DNA from: an uncultured Gammaproteobacteria bacterium
Lineage (GTDB): Bacteria; Patescibacteriota; Patescibacteriia; UBA9934
DNA: 64,000 nucleotides
NCBI GenBank assembly: GCA_964613815.1
Contig: CAZTKG010000005.1
Span: forward strand, 22,026-86,025
Reading direction: 5' to 3'
A program made the position numbers and the translations under genes. The first letter of the stretch is position 1. Every line of letters begins with the position of its first letter. The notes beneath the pieces were generated by a model. It was not told the DNA's origin. It saw nothing but the letters and a program-made list of their open reading frames with translations, and did no database searches. Of this stretch, positions 6,662-15,569 are shown in pieces.

Positions 6662-9520
6662 TTATTTCTTTCGTGACTTTTCTTCTGCTCGGAGGTATTT
6701 TGCGGTGATACTGTCTTTTACTTTTGTGATCTCTTTTGGTGTTCCTTCTGCGACGACTGTTCCGCCCTTTGCCCCTCCGTCTGGGCCCATGTCGATGATC
6801 CAGTCTGCGGAGCGCATGATGTCGGTGTTGTGCTCGATGACGAGGACGGTGTTTCCTTTGTCGGCTAGCGCGTGGAGGACTTCTAGGAGGCGCTTGATGT
6901 CGTCGAAGTGGAGGCCGGTGGTTGGCTCGTCTAGGATGTAGAGCGTCTTTCCGGTGGCTCGTCTTGAGAGTTCTGTGGAGAGCTTTACGCGCTGTGCCTC
7001 TCCTCCTGAGAGGGTTGTGGCTGGCTGACCTAGTTTGAGGTAGCCTAGGCCGACTTCGTGGAGGACGTTTAGCTTTTCGTAGATGTTTGAGCGGTCGGCG
7101 AAGAATCTTCGGGCTTCGTCGATGGTCATTCGGAGGACGTCGGAGATGTTTTTGCCTCTGTAGTGGATCTCGAGAACGTCTTGGTTGTAGCGGGTTCCGG
7201 CACATTCTGTGCAGTCGGCGTAGACATCTGGCATGAATTGCATTTCGATGCGGATCTGTCCGTCACCTGCGCAATGTTCGCAGCGACCTCCGCCTTTGAC
7301 GTTGAAGGAGAATTTTCCTGCGTCGTAGCCTCGGAGTTTTGCTTCTGTGACGTCGGTGAAGAGGTCTCGGATCGCTGTGAAGACGCCTGTGTAGGTTGCT
7401 GGGTTTGATCTTGGAGTCCGGCCGATTGGTGACTGGTCTACGGTGACGACTTTGTCGATGTTTTTGAGGCCTTTGATTTCTTTGTGCTGACCTGGGTAGG
7501 CTTTTGATCTGTAAAAATGTTTTGAAAGAGCTCGGCCGAGGATCTCGAGGATGAGCGTTGACTTTCCTGACCCTGAAACGCCGGTGACGCAGACGAGTTT
7601 TCCGAGAGGAATGTCTACGGTGACGTTTTGGAGGTTGTGCTGCTCAGCGTTTACGATGGTGAGTTTTTTTCCACTTCCCTTTCGGAGTTTCTTTGGGATT
7701 TTGATTTTCTTTTTGCCGCCTAAATATTGCCCTGTGATGGAGTCGGGGTCTTTGAGGAGCTGTTTTGGCGTTCCTTCTGCGATGACTTGGCCTCCGTAGG
7801 CTCCTGCTCCTGGACCGATGTCGAAGACGTAGTCTGCGGCGAGGACCATTTCTGCGTCGTGCTCTACGACGATGACGGAGTTGCCGAGTTCTTTGAGGTG
7901 CTGGATAGTGCCGATGAGTTTTTCGTTGTCGCGTGGGTGGAGGCCGATGGATGGCTCGTCTAGGACGTAGATGACTCCGCTGAGGCGGGATCCAAGTTGC
8001 GCTGCTAGGCGGACGCGTTGGGATTCTCCTCCTGATAGCGTGACGGCACTTCTGTCTAAGGTGAGGTAGCCTAGGCCGACGTGGATGAGGTGCTCTACGC
8101 GTTCACGAACTTCTTTTGCGACGCGCTCTACGACCATGCGCTCTGCTTCTGAGAGCTCGACCGTACCTTTCCCGTTACCGTTTGTGACCTCTAGGAGATC
8201 CTCGAAAAATTGTGGGACGTCGCCGATTGGGCGACGGACCACTTCTGCGATGGACTGGCCGGCGATGGTGAACATGAGGACATCTGGACGTAGTCGGCCA
8301 CCTTCGCAGGATGGGCAGACCATTGAGCGCATGTAGGTCTCTAGTTCTTTGCGGACGTATTCGCTTGAAGTCTCTCGGTATTTTTGTTGAAGCATGCCGA
8401 CAACGCCTGGGAACGTGATTTCTTTGTCGTCGACGATGTAGATGGTGTCCCCTGTTCCGTTCAGGAGTTGGTTTAGCTTTTCTTTTGTGAAGGTCTCTAC
8501 TGGCTTACTGAGGCTGATCTTCTTTTTCTTTGCGACTGCGGTGAGGACCTTCATGTTGCCGTTTTGGTTTCCGGCGATTCGGCTCCATGGTTTTACTGCG
8601 CCCTGTGCGAGTGTGAGGCGCTTGTTTGGGATGACGAGGTCTGGCTCGAGGACGAGCTTCATTCCGAGCCCTGTGCACTCTGTGCAGGCTCCGTGCGGGG
8701 AGTTGAAGCTGAAGAGTCTTGGCTCTGGAGCTGGGATGGTGATGCCGCTTGGGAGGTGGTAGCCGCGGACGAGGGTGATTTCGTCACCGGTGTCGTCTCG
8801 GTAGAGCATGACGTGGTCGTTGCCGAGGTCTAGCGCTCGATCCATGACGACTTTTACGCGCTCGATTGGGACGTCTGCACCTTCTTCGAAGCGTTCGGCG
8901 AGGATTTCGATAGTGTGTTTTTTGGTCTTTTGTTTCTTCATGGCAATCGCCTCTGTGAGGTCGAGCATGATGCCGTCGTAGCGGACCTCTGTGAAGCCGG
9001 CGTTTTTTGCGGCCATGAGGACGGTTTGGTGCTCCCCTTTTTTGTCTTGGACCATTGGGACGAACAGCATCACTTCGGTTTTACCGACGACTTCCATGAC
9101 TTCTGCGATGAGGTCTTCTGTTGAGCGTTCGCGGATGAGGTCGCCCGTTTCTGGGTTGTGCGGGCGCGCAACTCGCGCAAACAAAACACGGAGATAATCG
9201 TAGATCTCCGTGACCGTACCTACCGTGGACCGCGGGTTGTGTGATGATGATTTTTGATCGATGGCGACTGTTGGTGAGAGGCCGTCGATTGAATCTACGT
9301 CTGGCTTATCCTGCATTTCGAGGAATTGCCGTGCGTAGCTTGAAAGTGACTCCATGTAACGCCTTTGCCCTTCTGCGTAGACGGTGTCGAAAGCTAGGGA
9401 TGACTTTCCTGAACCTGAGAGGCCCGTGATGACGACAAGCTGATCTTTGGGGATGTCGACGTCGATGTTTTTGAGGTTATGCACCCGCGCACCGCGGATG
9501 GCGATTGTCTCTTTTTTCAT
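6662..9520 (-). CDS. uvrA: Excinuclease ABC subunit A
   Basis: 952 aa with tandem ABC ATPase modules, zinc-finger cysteines and the N-terminus MKKETIAIRGARVHNLKNIDVDIPKDQLVVITGLSGSGKSSLAFDTVYAEG. Confidence 0.95.
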   Translation of the reverse strand: MKKETIAIRGARVHNLKNIDVDIPKDQLVVITGLSGSGKSSLAFDTVYAEGQRRYMESLSSYARQFLEMQDKPDVDSIDGLSPTVAIDQKSSSHNPRSTVGTVTEIYDYLRVLFARVARPHNPETGDLIRERSTEDLIAEVMEVVGKTEVMLFVPMVQDKKGEHQTVLMAAKNAGFTEVRYDGIMLDLTEAIAMKKQKTKKHTIEILAERFEEGADVPIERVKVVMDRALDLGNDHVMLYRDDTGDEITLVRGYHLPSGITIPAPEPRLFSFNSPHGACTECTGLGMKLVLEPDLVIPNKRLTLAQGAVKPWSRIAGNQNGNMKVLTAVAKKKKISLSKPVETFTKEKLNQLLNGTGDTIYIVDDKEITFPGVVGMLQQKYRETSSEYVRKELETYMRSMVCPSCEGGRLRPDVLMFTIAGQSIAEVVRRPIGDVPQFFEDLLEVTNGNGKGTVELSEAERMVVERVAKEVRERVEHLIHVGLGYLTLDRSAVTLSGGESQRVRLAAQLGSRLSGVIYVLDEPSIGLHPRDNEKLIGTIQHLKELGNSVIVVEHDAEMVLAADYVFDIGPGAGAYGGQVIAEGTPKQLLKDPDSITGQYLGGKKKIKIPKKLRKGSGKKLTIVNAEQHNLQNVTVDIPLGKLVCVTGVSGSGKSTLILEILGRALSKHFYRSKAYPGQHKEIKGLKNIDKVVTVDQSPIGRTPRSNPATYTGVFTAIRDLFTDVTEAKLRGYDAGKFSFNVKGGGRCEHCAGDGQIRIEMQFMPDVYADCTECAGTRYNQDVLEIHYRGKNISDVLRMTIDEARRFFADRSNIYEKLNVLHEVGLGYLKLGQPATTLSGGEAQRVKLSTELSRRATGKTLYILDEPTTGLHFDDIKRLLEVLHALADKGNTVLVIEHNTDIMRSADWIIDMGPDGGAKGGTVVAEGTPKEITKVKDSITAKYLRAEEKSRKK

Positions 9521-9536
9521 GTTTGGAGGAGTGATA

Positions 9537-9698
9537 AATACCAGTTACGAGACGTGCCTACGACTGTATGCACCTCCACTCTGGCTGCAAAATCGTTCTG
9601 ATTTCGTCAAAATAGCTATGTCTATTCTTCCTCAACCAGCACGTTTTTCGCTCAGAGTGGAACCGCATCCACCTCGCAAGCACGTCTCGTAACTGGTA
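9537..9698. repeat. Inverted-repeat element with perfect 20-bp termini (ATACCAGTTACGAGACGTGC / GCACGTCTCGTAACTGGTAT) and nested inner IR (CCACTCTG/CAGAGTGG), in the uvrA upstream region
   Basis: Direct inspection. The mirrored spurious ORFs 9447..9692 (plus strand) and 9558..9752 (minus strand) reflect the symmetry. Confidence 0.5.
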
Positions 9699-9702
9699 TT
9701 GA

Positions 9703-9742
9703 AAAAATCCATGCGTGGAGCCGAGCATAGCATGGATTTTTC
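9703..9742. terminator. Bidirectional terminator hairpin (AAAAAATCCATGC...GCATGGATTTTT) 3' of the Cys-rich protein gene
   Basis: 12-bp stem flanked by A-run and T-run. Confidence 0.5.
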
Positions 9743-9782
9743 GGGGGTGCAAGGGGTTTGGGTGCTCGTTGGAGGATGAGCT

Positions 9783-11177
9783 CTATTGCAGCTCGCAAGA
9801 TCCGTCGTCTCCAGGTATTTTCGGCTCAACCCATGTGCATACCCCACTGTTGTTTATTCCAAATCTACAGAATTGACTATCTTTCTGACAATAATCTCGT
9901 ACATAAAAGTTTCCGGTGCCGTCATCGAACGTCGTGATTTCTGTCTTGTCCCCTCCCATTCGTATGATTATTTTTTCATATGCCTCGCACGGATTATCTT
10001 TACCTGCTGCTGCACGCAGCTGAGCACAGTCCAAATGCGAGCTACTTTCTGGATATACGAATGTTCCGCACATGTCTGACACCAAACTTACTCCGTATTC
10101 CTTTTTTAACAGCTTACATGAGTAAAAGTCATTTTGTACGCCCGTCGTCTCTGGTTGAGCTGGAACCATTCGCGCGCAGTTTGTATTGTTTGCATCTACC
10201 CCCCCAGATGCCTTTCCGTCGTCGTAAATGTCCTCGCATTTTTTGCATGAGTAATCGCCAGCAGCGGATGAGTCATACATGCACACACCCTCGGCACAGT
10301 CGTCCCATATACATTCGTCGCCCTCTTCGACTGATATATCCATTGATTTATATTCATCATCTAAATAATCAAGTCCTCCTTCTGGGATCTTGCTCTTCTC
10401 TCCGCAGCCACCTCTCAATGGATCGAGCCGGACCCCGATATCGCTCAGTGTCTTGCACGTGGAAGCCCCATCGATGAATGCAACTGTTTTGATTTTTGGC
10501 ACCTGCATGTCCTTGAACTTGACGAGGCTTGGGTCTATGAATGCGGCTATTGCGTACGAACATAAAAGTAGAACAATCCCAATGACTGCGTTTATCATTC
10601 GCTCTTTTGCCCTCGTGACTTGAGAGGTGTTTCCGCGTGCAAGTAGGTATTCGACGCCTCCAATCATGAAAATGAGCACGGCAATAAGAGATGCTGCTCC
10701 AATGAGCCATATGTAAAGTCCTTCGATGTATTCACCCACCGACGAAGCATGGGTGAGGTTCCCTATGGGCACGGATAGGTCTATGGGTATGGCTGGATTT
10801 AGGCAATAGCCCTGCCCCTCTTTACAGTATGCAGACTGACCGGCGTATACCGATGATTTCTCTTCTGTCCCGATCGTTCCTGGCACTGGGACGTTCACCA
10901 CGTCTGCCGTGCATTCTGAAGCCGACCAGCACCTCGGATTTTTTGATGGGTCGTTTCCTTTTTCGAAACAACCGACATAGATCGTGCTTGATTCTCGGCA
11001 TAGGTCTCTACAGTCGCTCTCTGCTAACCCTCCCTTTGATACAGCTCCAGTTTTATCTGTACCGCAATAACACTCGCAGGCTTTTTCTGTTTCTTCTGCG
11101 AAGACGGGTTGCGTTATGGATACTGTCGCTAGGAGCATCAGTGCTGCGATGGAAATGATGCGGAAAATTTTTGCCAT
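9783..11177 (-). CDS. Cysteine-rich (~27 Cys) secreted/envelope protein with central VirB2/TrbC-like double-TM hairpin
   Basis: N-terminal signal peptide, a ~140-aa Cys-rich domain, two TM helices separated by ARGNTSQVTRAKERM (with a GG..Y..A pilin-like motif), then a ~250-aa Cys-rich acidic C-terminal domain. Confidence 0.6.
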   Translation of the reverse strand: MAKIFRIISIAALMLLATVSITQPVFAEETEKACECYCGTDKTGAVSKGGLAESDCRDLCRESSTIYVGCFEKGNDPSKNPRCWSASECTADVVNVPVPGTIGTEEKSSVYAGQSAYCKEGQGYCLNPAIPIDLSVPIGNLTHASSVGEYIEGLYIWLIGAASLIAVLIFMIGGVEYLLARGNTSQVTRAKERMINAVIGIVLLLCSYAIAAFIDPSLVKFKDMQVPKIKTVAFIDGASTCKTLSDIGVRLDPLRGGCGEKSKIPEGGLDYLDDEYKSMDISVEEGDECIWDDCAEGVCMYDSSAAGDYSCKKCEDIYDDGKASGGVDANNTNCARMVPAQPETTGVQNDFYSCKLLKKEYGVSLVSDMCGTFVYPESSSHLDCAQLRAAAGKDNPCEAYEKIIIRMGGDKTEITTFDDGTGNFYVRDYCQKDSQFCRFGINNSGVCTWVEPKIPGDDGSCELQ

Positions 11178-11261
11178 ACGGTAATTGGGTGTATTGTATC
11201 ATCTAGAAGCATTGCATTGACTAAAAGGCTGTGAACTGTTAGTCTTTCTGCAGAAAAATCT

Positions 11262-11474
11262 ATGATTATTACTGTTATACAAATCATTCTTGGCGTGCTC
11301 TTTATTGGAGCTGTTTTGATGCAGTCTGGCGGATCTGGACTGGGCGCTGTTTTTGGAGGAGAAGGGGGGAGCTTTCGGACGAAGCGCGGGATTGAAAAGC
11401 AGCTTCATACGACAACTGTCGCGCTTGCGATTATCTTTTTTGGTGTTAGCGCTGCAAACGCTTTCTTTTTCTAA
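11262..11474 (+). CDS. secG: Preprotein translocase subunit SecG
   Basis: 70 aa, two TM helices, motif LMQSGGSGLGAVFGG...SFRTKRG. Confidence 0.8.
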   Translation: MIITVIQIILGVLFIGAVLMQSGGSGLGAVFGGEGGSFRTKRGIEKQLHTTTVALAIIFFGVSAANAFFF

Positions 11475-11480
11475 TCAACA

Positions 11481-13310
11481 ATGTCTTCGGGCTTTAAAAA
11501 GTCTCGGTTAAAAAGCTCTCGTAAGCGATCTGGCTTGCGTGGGTTTTTTCGATTTAAAAAGGATCGTGGGAAGGATCTTGCCATGAAGCAAGTCTTGAGC
11601 GCGAGGGAGACTCGACTTATCCCTAGCTTTCAACAGCTTATGCACCTTCCTCGCATTTTGAATCCGTTTGAGCGGTTCCTTGCGAGCGTTGCCGTGCTTT
11701 TGATTTTGACGTCTAGTTCCCTGCTTCTCGTCCACCAACTACGAGACTCACGCGCCACCATTCCTGCGATTGGCGGTAGCTATACAGAAGGTCTGATTGG
11801 GTCTCCCCAGCTTATTAATCCCCTGTACGCCATGACGAGTGACGTGGATACGGATTTGGCTCGGCTTATTTATAGTGGGCTCATGCGGTATGACGCAGAA
11901 GATGGACTTGTCCCTGATCTTGCTGATTGGTTTGAAATTTCGGAGGATGGACTGGAATATACGTTTGGCATTCGAGAGAACGCGACCTGGCATGATGGAC
12001 GCCCTGTCATCGCGAGCGACGTGATTTATACGATTACTTCCATTCAAAACTCTCAGTATCGCAGTCCGCTTGGGGTTAGTTTTTCTGGAGTTCAAGTGGA
12101 GCAGATCGATGAGCGTACGGTGAAGCTGATTTTGGAGGAGCCGTTTGGACCGTTTCTCTCACTTTTAACTGTCGGGATCTTGCCGAGTCACTTGTGGAGC
12201 AACGTGAGTCCTTTAAATGCTGTTTTGACGGAGCTTAATATTAAACCTGTCGGTAGTGGACCGTACCGATTTGAGAAGTTGGAAAAAGATACGAATGGGA
12301 CGGTGCGGACCTATACTCTCATGCGAAATCCGGACTTTTATTTTGAAGGACCTTATATAGAAGAGCTTACGTTTAAGTTTTATCATGATAGCTTTTCTGC
12401 TGCTGAAGGGCTTCGGAATAAGAATGTGGAAGGGGTTAGTTATTTGCCGCATGAGCAAATTGTTGAGCTCGCGAATGATAGCGACGTGCGCGTGCTACTC
12501 CCTACTCTTCCACAGTACACCTCTGTGTTCTTTCATCAGGAGAACTCGGATATTTTGGATGATTCAGATGTTCGTGAAGCGCTTGCCATTGCGGTTGATA
12601 AGGAACGCTTGGTTGAGGAGGTTTTTTCTGGATACGCGAGTGCGATTGAGTCGTTTGTGTTACCGGGGATGGATGGGTATACCTCTGATTATCGACCTTA
12701 CGGCTTTGATCGTGAACGCGCGATTGAGATCTTGGAGGACGATGGGTGGGATTTGGAGGATGGTGCTGAGGTTCGCAGCAAGGGGGATGAAACCTTGTCT
12801 ATTGAGCTTGCCGCATTGAACGCACCTGATCTTGCAGCTACCGCCGAGGCCTTGAAGGCTCAGTGGGCGGAGATTGGGGTGCAGGTGGATTTACGATTAG
12901 TTGATAATGCTGAGTTTGAAGATGTGCTCTTGGGAGAGCGGGATTATGAGATGATTTTGTCTGGGGAGTTGTATGGGATTGATGCGGACCCCTACCCTTT
13001 TTGGCATTCCTCGCAGACTTCGGCACCGGGACTTAACCTTGCGAATTTTTCTAGTCGGACAGCGGACGAATATATTGAGACGGCGCGGAGCACGACGAAT
13101 CCTGAAGTTCGGGCGGAGGCGTTCCAGAATTTGCAGGAGTTGATTAGTGATGATGTTGCGGCGCTGTTCTTGTATCAGCCGATGTATGCGTATCCGACTT
13201 CTAGCCGGGTGCAGAATCAATCCATTGAGCATATCGTGACTCCTGCGGATCGGTTTAGTCGGATTTGGGAGTGGTATGTGAAGACGCGGAGCGTGTATCG
13301 TCAGCCTTGA
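11481..13310 (+). CDS. ABC transporter substrate-binding protein, family 5 (peptide/nickel-type), membrane-anchored
   Basis: 609 aa. The basic N-terminus and TM helix are followed by a long domain with SBP_bac_5-like organisation. The start could be the downstream Met at 11583. Confidence 0.65.
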   Translation: MSSGFKKSRLKSSRKRSGLRGFFRFKKDRGKDLAMKQVLSARETRLIPSFQQLMHLPRILNPFERFLASVAVLLILTSSSLLLVHQLRDSRATIPAIGGSYTEGLIGSPQLINPLYAMTSDVDTDLARLIYSGLMRYDAEDGLVPDLADWFEISEDGLEYTFGIRENATWHDGRPVIASDVIYTITSIQNSQYRSPLGVSFSGVQVEQIDERTVKLILEEPFGPFLSLLTVGILPSHLWSNVSPLNAVLTELNIKPVGSGPYRFEKLEKDTNGTVRTYTLMRNPDFYFEGPYIEELTFKFYHDSFSAAEGLRNKNVEGVSYLPHEQIVELANDSDVRVLLPTLPQYTSVFFHQENSDILDDSDVREALAIAVDKERLVEEVFSGYASAIESFVLPGMDGYTSDYRPYGFDRERAIEILEDDGWDLEDGAEVRSKGDETLSIELAALNAPDLAATAEALKAQWAEIGVQVDLRLVDNAEFEDVLLGERDYEMILSGELYGIDADPYPFWHSSQTSAPGLNLANFSSRTADEYIETARSTTNPEVRAEAFQNLQELISDDVAALFLYQPMYAYPTSSRVQNQSIEHIVTPADRFSRIWEWYVKTRSVYRQP

Positions 13311-13448
13311 CAATTTGAAGGCTCGGTGATATTTTGAAGTCTCGATAGATCGCGTTATAATAGATTTAGAGAAATTTAGCCGTTTGGTTTTACTGAGAGC
13401 AGACGATTGCATTTCTCGATATCGATCGAGACCGTGAATCTTTAACAT

Positions 13449-15362
13449 TTGAATTGCAATTTTATTATGGTTCAAAAACAACCATCTAAACGCCCGAAGG
13501 CGTCTTCTTCGTCATCTCATCGACGAACTAATTCATCTCGACCTGTTGCTCGTAAGACCACTCGATCCTCTGCTCGTCCTGCTGGACGGACTGTTCGACG
13601 ACCTAGTCATACGACTCAACGTCATTCTCGACCTGCAACGCATCGTCGACCTCATGCTAAGCGAACGCAAACGTTTCATGCTCCGAATGGAGAAGCGGTT
13701 CGCGTTATTGTGCTTGGTGGACTTGAGGAGGTTGGGCGTAACTGCACTTTGATTGAGTATAAGAACGATATTATCTTGATCGACCTCGGACTTGAGTTCC
13801 CAGAGGAGGACATGCCCGGTATTGACTACATCATTCCGAACATGGACTACCTTAAAGGGAAGGAGAAAAATGTTCGTGGCGTGATTATTACGCATGGTCA
13901 CTATGACCACATTGGGGGGATTCCTCACTGTGTGCCGAATATTGGGTCGCCGACGGTGTATGCGCTTCCGATTGCGGCGGGAATTATTAAGAAACGACAG
14001 ACTGACTACAAGACTTCTAAAGTTGATGTAAAGGATATTACGATTGACAGTGAGTTGAAGCTTGGTGTCTTTAAAGTTCACTTTTTCCATATTAATCACA
14101 ACATTCCTGATAGTGCGGGGATCGTGATTGAGACTCCGGCTGGGACGATTTGTCACACGGGGGACTGGAAGTTTGATTATCATCCTGTCGGCACAAAGCC
14201 TGCTGACTTTGGGAAGATCGCTCGTGTTGGAGAAGAAGGTGTTCTGCTTTTGATGGGAGACTCTACGAACGCGATGTGTGAGGGGCATCAGACGAGTGAG
14301 AAAGTTATTGGCGAAGAGCTGCGCGGGATTATTGAGAAAGCTCCTGGACGTGTGATTTTGGGGACATTCGCTTCCCTGCTCTCTCGCGTGAAGCAGATTA
14401 TTGAGATTTCTGAGACGCTTGGTCGTAAGGTTGCGCTTGATGGGTACTCCATGAAGATGAACGTTGAGATCGCTCGGAATCTTGGGTTCATTCATGCGAA
14501 GGATAGTACGCTGATTAAGATGGATAAGGTGAAGAACTATCCTGATGATAAGATTACGATTGTTTGCACAGGCGCTCAGGGGGAGCAACGAGCGGCGCTT
14601 AGTCGGATTGCTCGGGATGAGCATCGGTTTATTCGCGTATGTAAGACAGATACTGTTGTATTTTCTAGCTCTGTTGTTCCTGGAAATGAAGGATCTGTTC
14701 AGCGGCTTATTGATATTTTCTATCGAAAGCGAGCGAAGGTTATTCATAAGGATATTATGGACGTGCACGCTGGTGGGCATGCGAAGAAGGAAGATATTAA
14801 GCTTATGCTTTCGCTTTTCCGACCGAAGTATTACATGCCGATTGAGGGGAATCACTTTATGCTTCGGGAGAATGCTGAGGTTGCCTATTCACTTGGGTAC
14901 AAAGAGAAGGACGTGTTTGTTGGAGACAATGGGCAAGTACTTGAGCTTTGGAAGGATAAGAAGGGTGAAGGGAATGCTCGGCTGACGAAGGAGAAGGTTC
15001 CGACTGATTATGTGTTTGTGGACGGGCTTGGTGTTGGGGATGTGAGTGAGGTCGTTTTGCGCGATCGGAATGCGCTTGCTGAGGATGGGATCGTTGTGGT
15101 TATTACGCAGGTTGAGAAGCGGACTGGAAAGGTCGTGAGTATGCCGGATATTGTGAGTCGTGGGTTTGTGCATATGAAGGAGAACCAGAAGCTGATTAAT
15201 GACACGCGGAAGCTTGTGAAGCAGATTTCTACGAATTCGGATAAGAAGTCTACGGCTGATGTGCAGGCGATTCGGACGAAGATTCGGGATGATGTTGGGA
15301 AGTTCTTGTTTAAGAAGACGGAGCGTCGGCCGATGATTTTACCTGTTATTATTGAGGTTTAG
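13449..15362 (+). CDS. rnj: Ribonuclease J (metallo-beta-lactamase/beta-CASP) with ~80-aa basic Arg/Ser/His-rich N-terminal extension
   Basis: VIVLGGLEEVGRNCTLIEY, HGHYDHIGG and the beta-CASP and C-terminal domains are present. The N-terminus is low-complexity (SSSSSHRRTNSSRPVARKTTRSSARPAGRTVRRPSH...). Confidence 0.9.
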   Translation: MNCNFIMVQKQPSKRPKASSSSSHRRTNSSRPVARKTTRSSARPAGRTVRRPSHTTQRHSRPATHRRPHAKRTQTFHAPNGEAVRVIVLGGLEEVGRNCTLIEYKNDIILIDLGLEFPEEDMPGIDYIIPNMDYLKGKEKNVRGVIITHGHYDHIGGIPHCVPNIGSPTVYALPIAAGIIKKRQTDYKTSKVDVKDITIDSELKLGVFKVHFFHINHNIPDSAGIVIETPAGTICHTGDWKFDYHPVGTKPADFGKIARVGEEGVLLLMGDSTNAMCEGHQTSEKVIGEELRGIIEKAPGRVILGTFASLLSRVKQIIEISETLGRKVALDGYSMKMNVEIARNLGFIHAKDSTLIKMDKVKNYPDDKITIVCTGAQGEQRAALSRIARDEHRFIRVCKTDTVVFSSSVVPGNEGSVQRLIDIFYRKRAKVIHKDIMDVHAGGHAKKEDIKLMLSLFRPKYYMPIEGNHFMLRENAEVAYSLGYKEKDVFVGDNGQVLELWKDKKGEGNARLTKEKVPTDYVFVDGLGVGDVSEVVLRDRNALAEDGIVVVITQVEKRTGKVVSMPDIVSRGFVHMKENQKLINDTRKLVKQISTNSDKKSTADVQAIRTKIRDDVGKFLFKKTERRPMILPVIIEV

Positions 15363-15380
15363 GGGGACTTGAGAGCGAAA

Positions 15381-15406
15381 GCCGCCCGGAAGGGCGGTTT
15401 TTGTTT
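15381..15406 (+). terminator. Intrinsic terminator (GCCGCCCGGAAGGGCGG + TTTTTGTTTT) after rnj
   Basis: Stem-loop followed by a T-run. Confidence 0.6.
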
Positions 15407-15426
15407 TGGTTTTCATGTCTTCCCTG

Positions 15427-15472
15427 CCCCATCTCGACCCTGCGGAGAGATCTCTCCACTTCGGTCGAGATG
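15427..15472. repeat. Palindromic intergenic element, copy B (compact form)
   Basis: CCCCATCTCGACCCTGCGGAGAGATCTCTCCACTTCGGTCGAGATG, preceded by the conserved flank CTTCCCTGCCCC. Confidence 0.55.
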
Positions 15473-15569
15473 AGGTTCATTTGCCCTTGCTACCTTGACA
15501 AAATAGTTATTTTGTGATATCTTTCGACTTCGTACTTAGTGATATTTTGATGGTAGTTCGTGAGGCTTT

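Noticed and set aside
6597-7205. 202-aa Arg/Pro/His-rich minus-strand ORF
   Set aside because: It lies in an alternative frame inside uvrA. The composition is typical of antisense or out-of-frame translation, so I treat it as spurious.
9447-9752. Mirrored ORFs 9447-9692 (plus strand) and 9558-9752 (minus strand)
   Set aside because: A reflection of the 20-bp terminal-inverted-repeat element; no coding signal.
11199-11260. Candidate promoter TTGACT-17-TAGTCT upstream of secG
   Set aside because: The -10 hexamer is weak. I could not distinguish it from chance in AT-rich spacer DNA, so it is not listed as a feature.
13533-14855. 440-aa minus-strand ORF
   Set aside because: It is antisense to the well-supported RNase J gene. 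The product is low-complexity and Asn/Arg/Leu-rich with no motifs.
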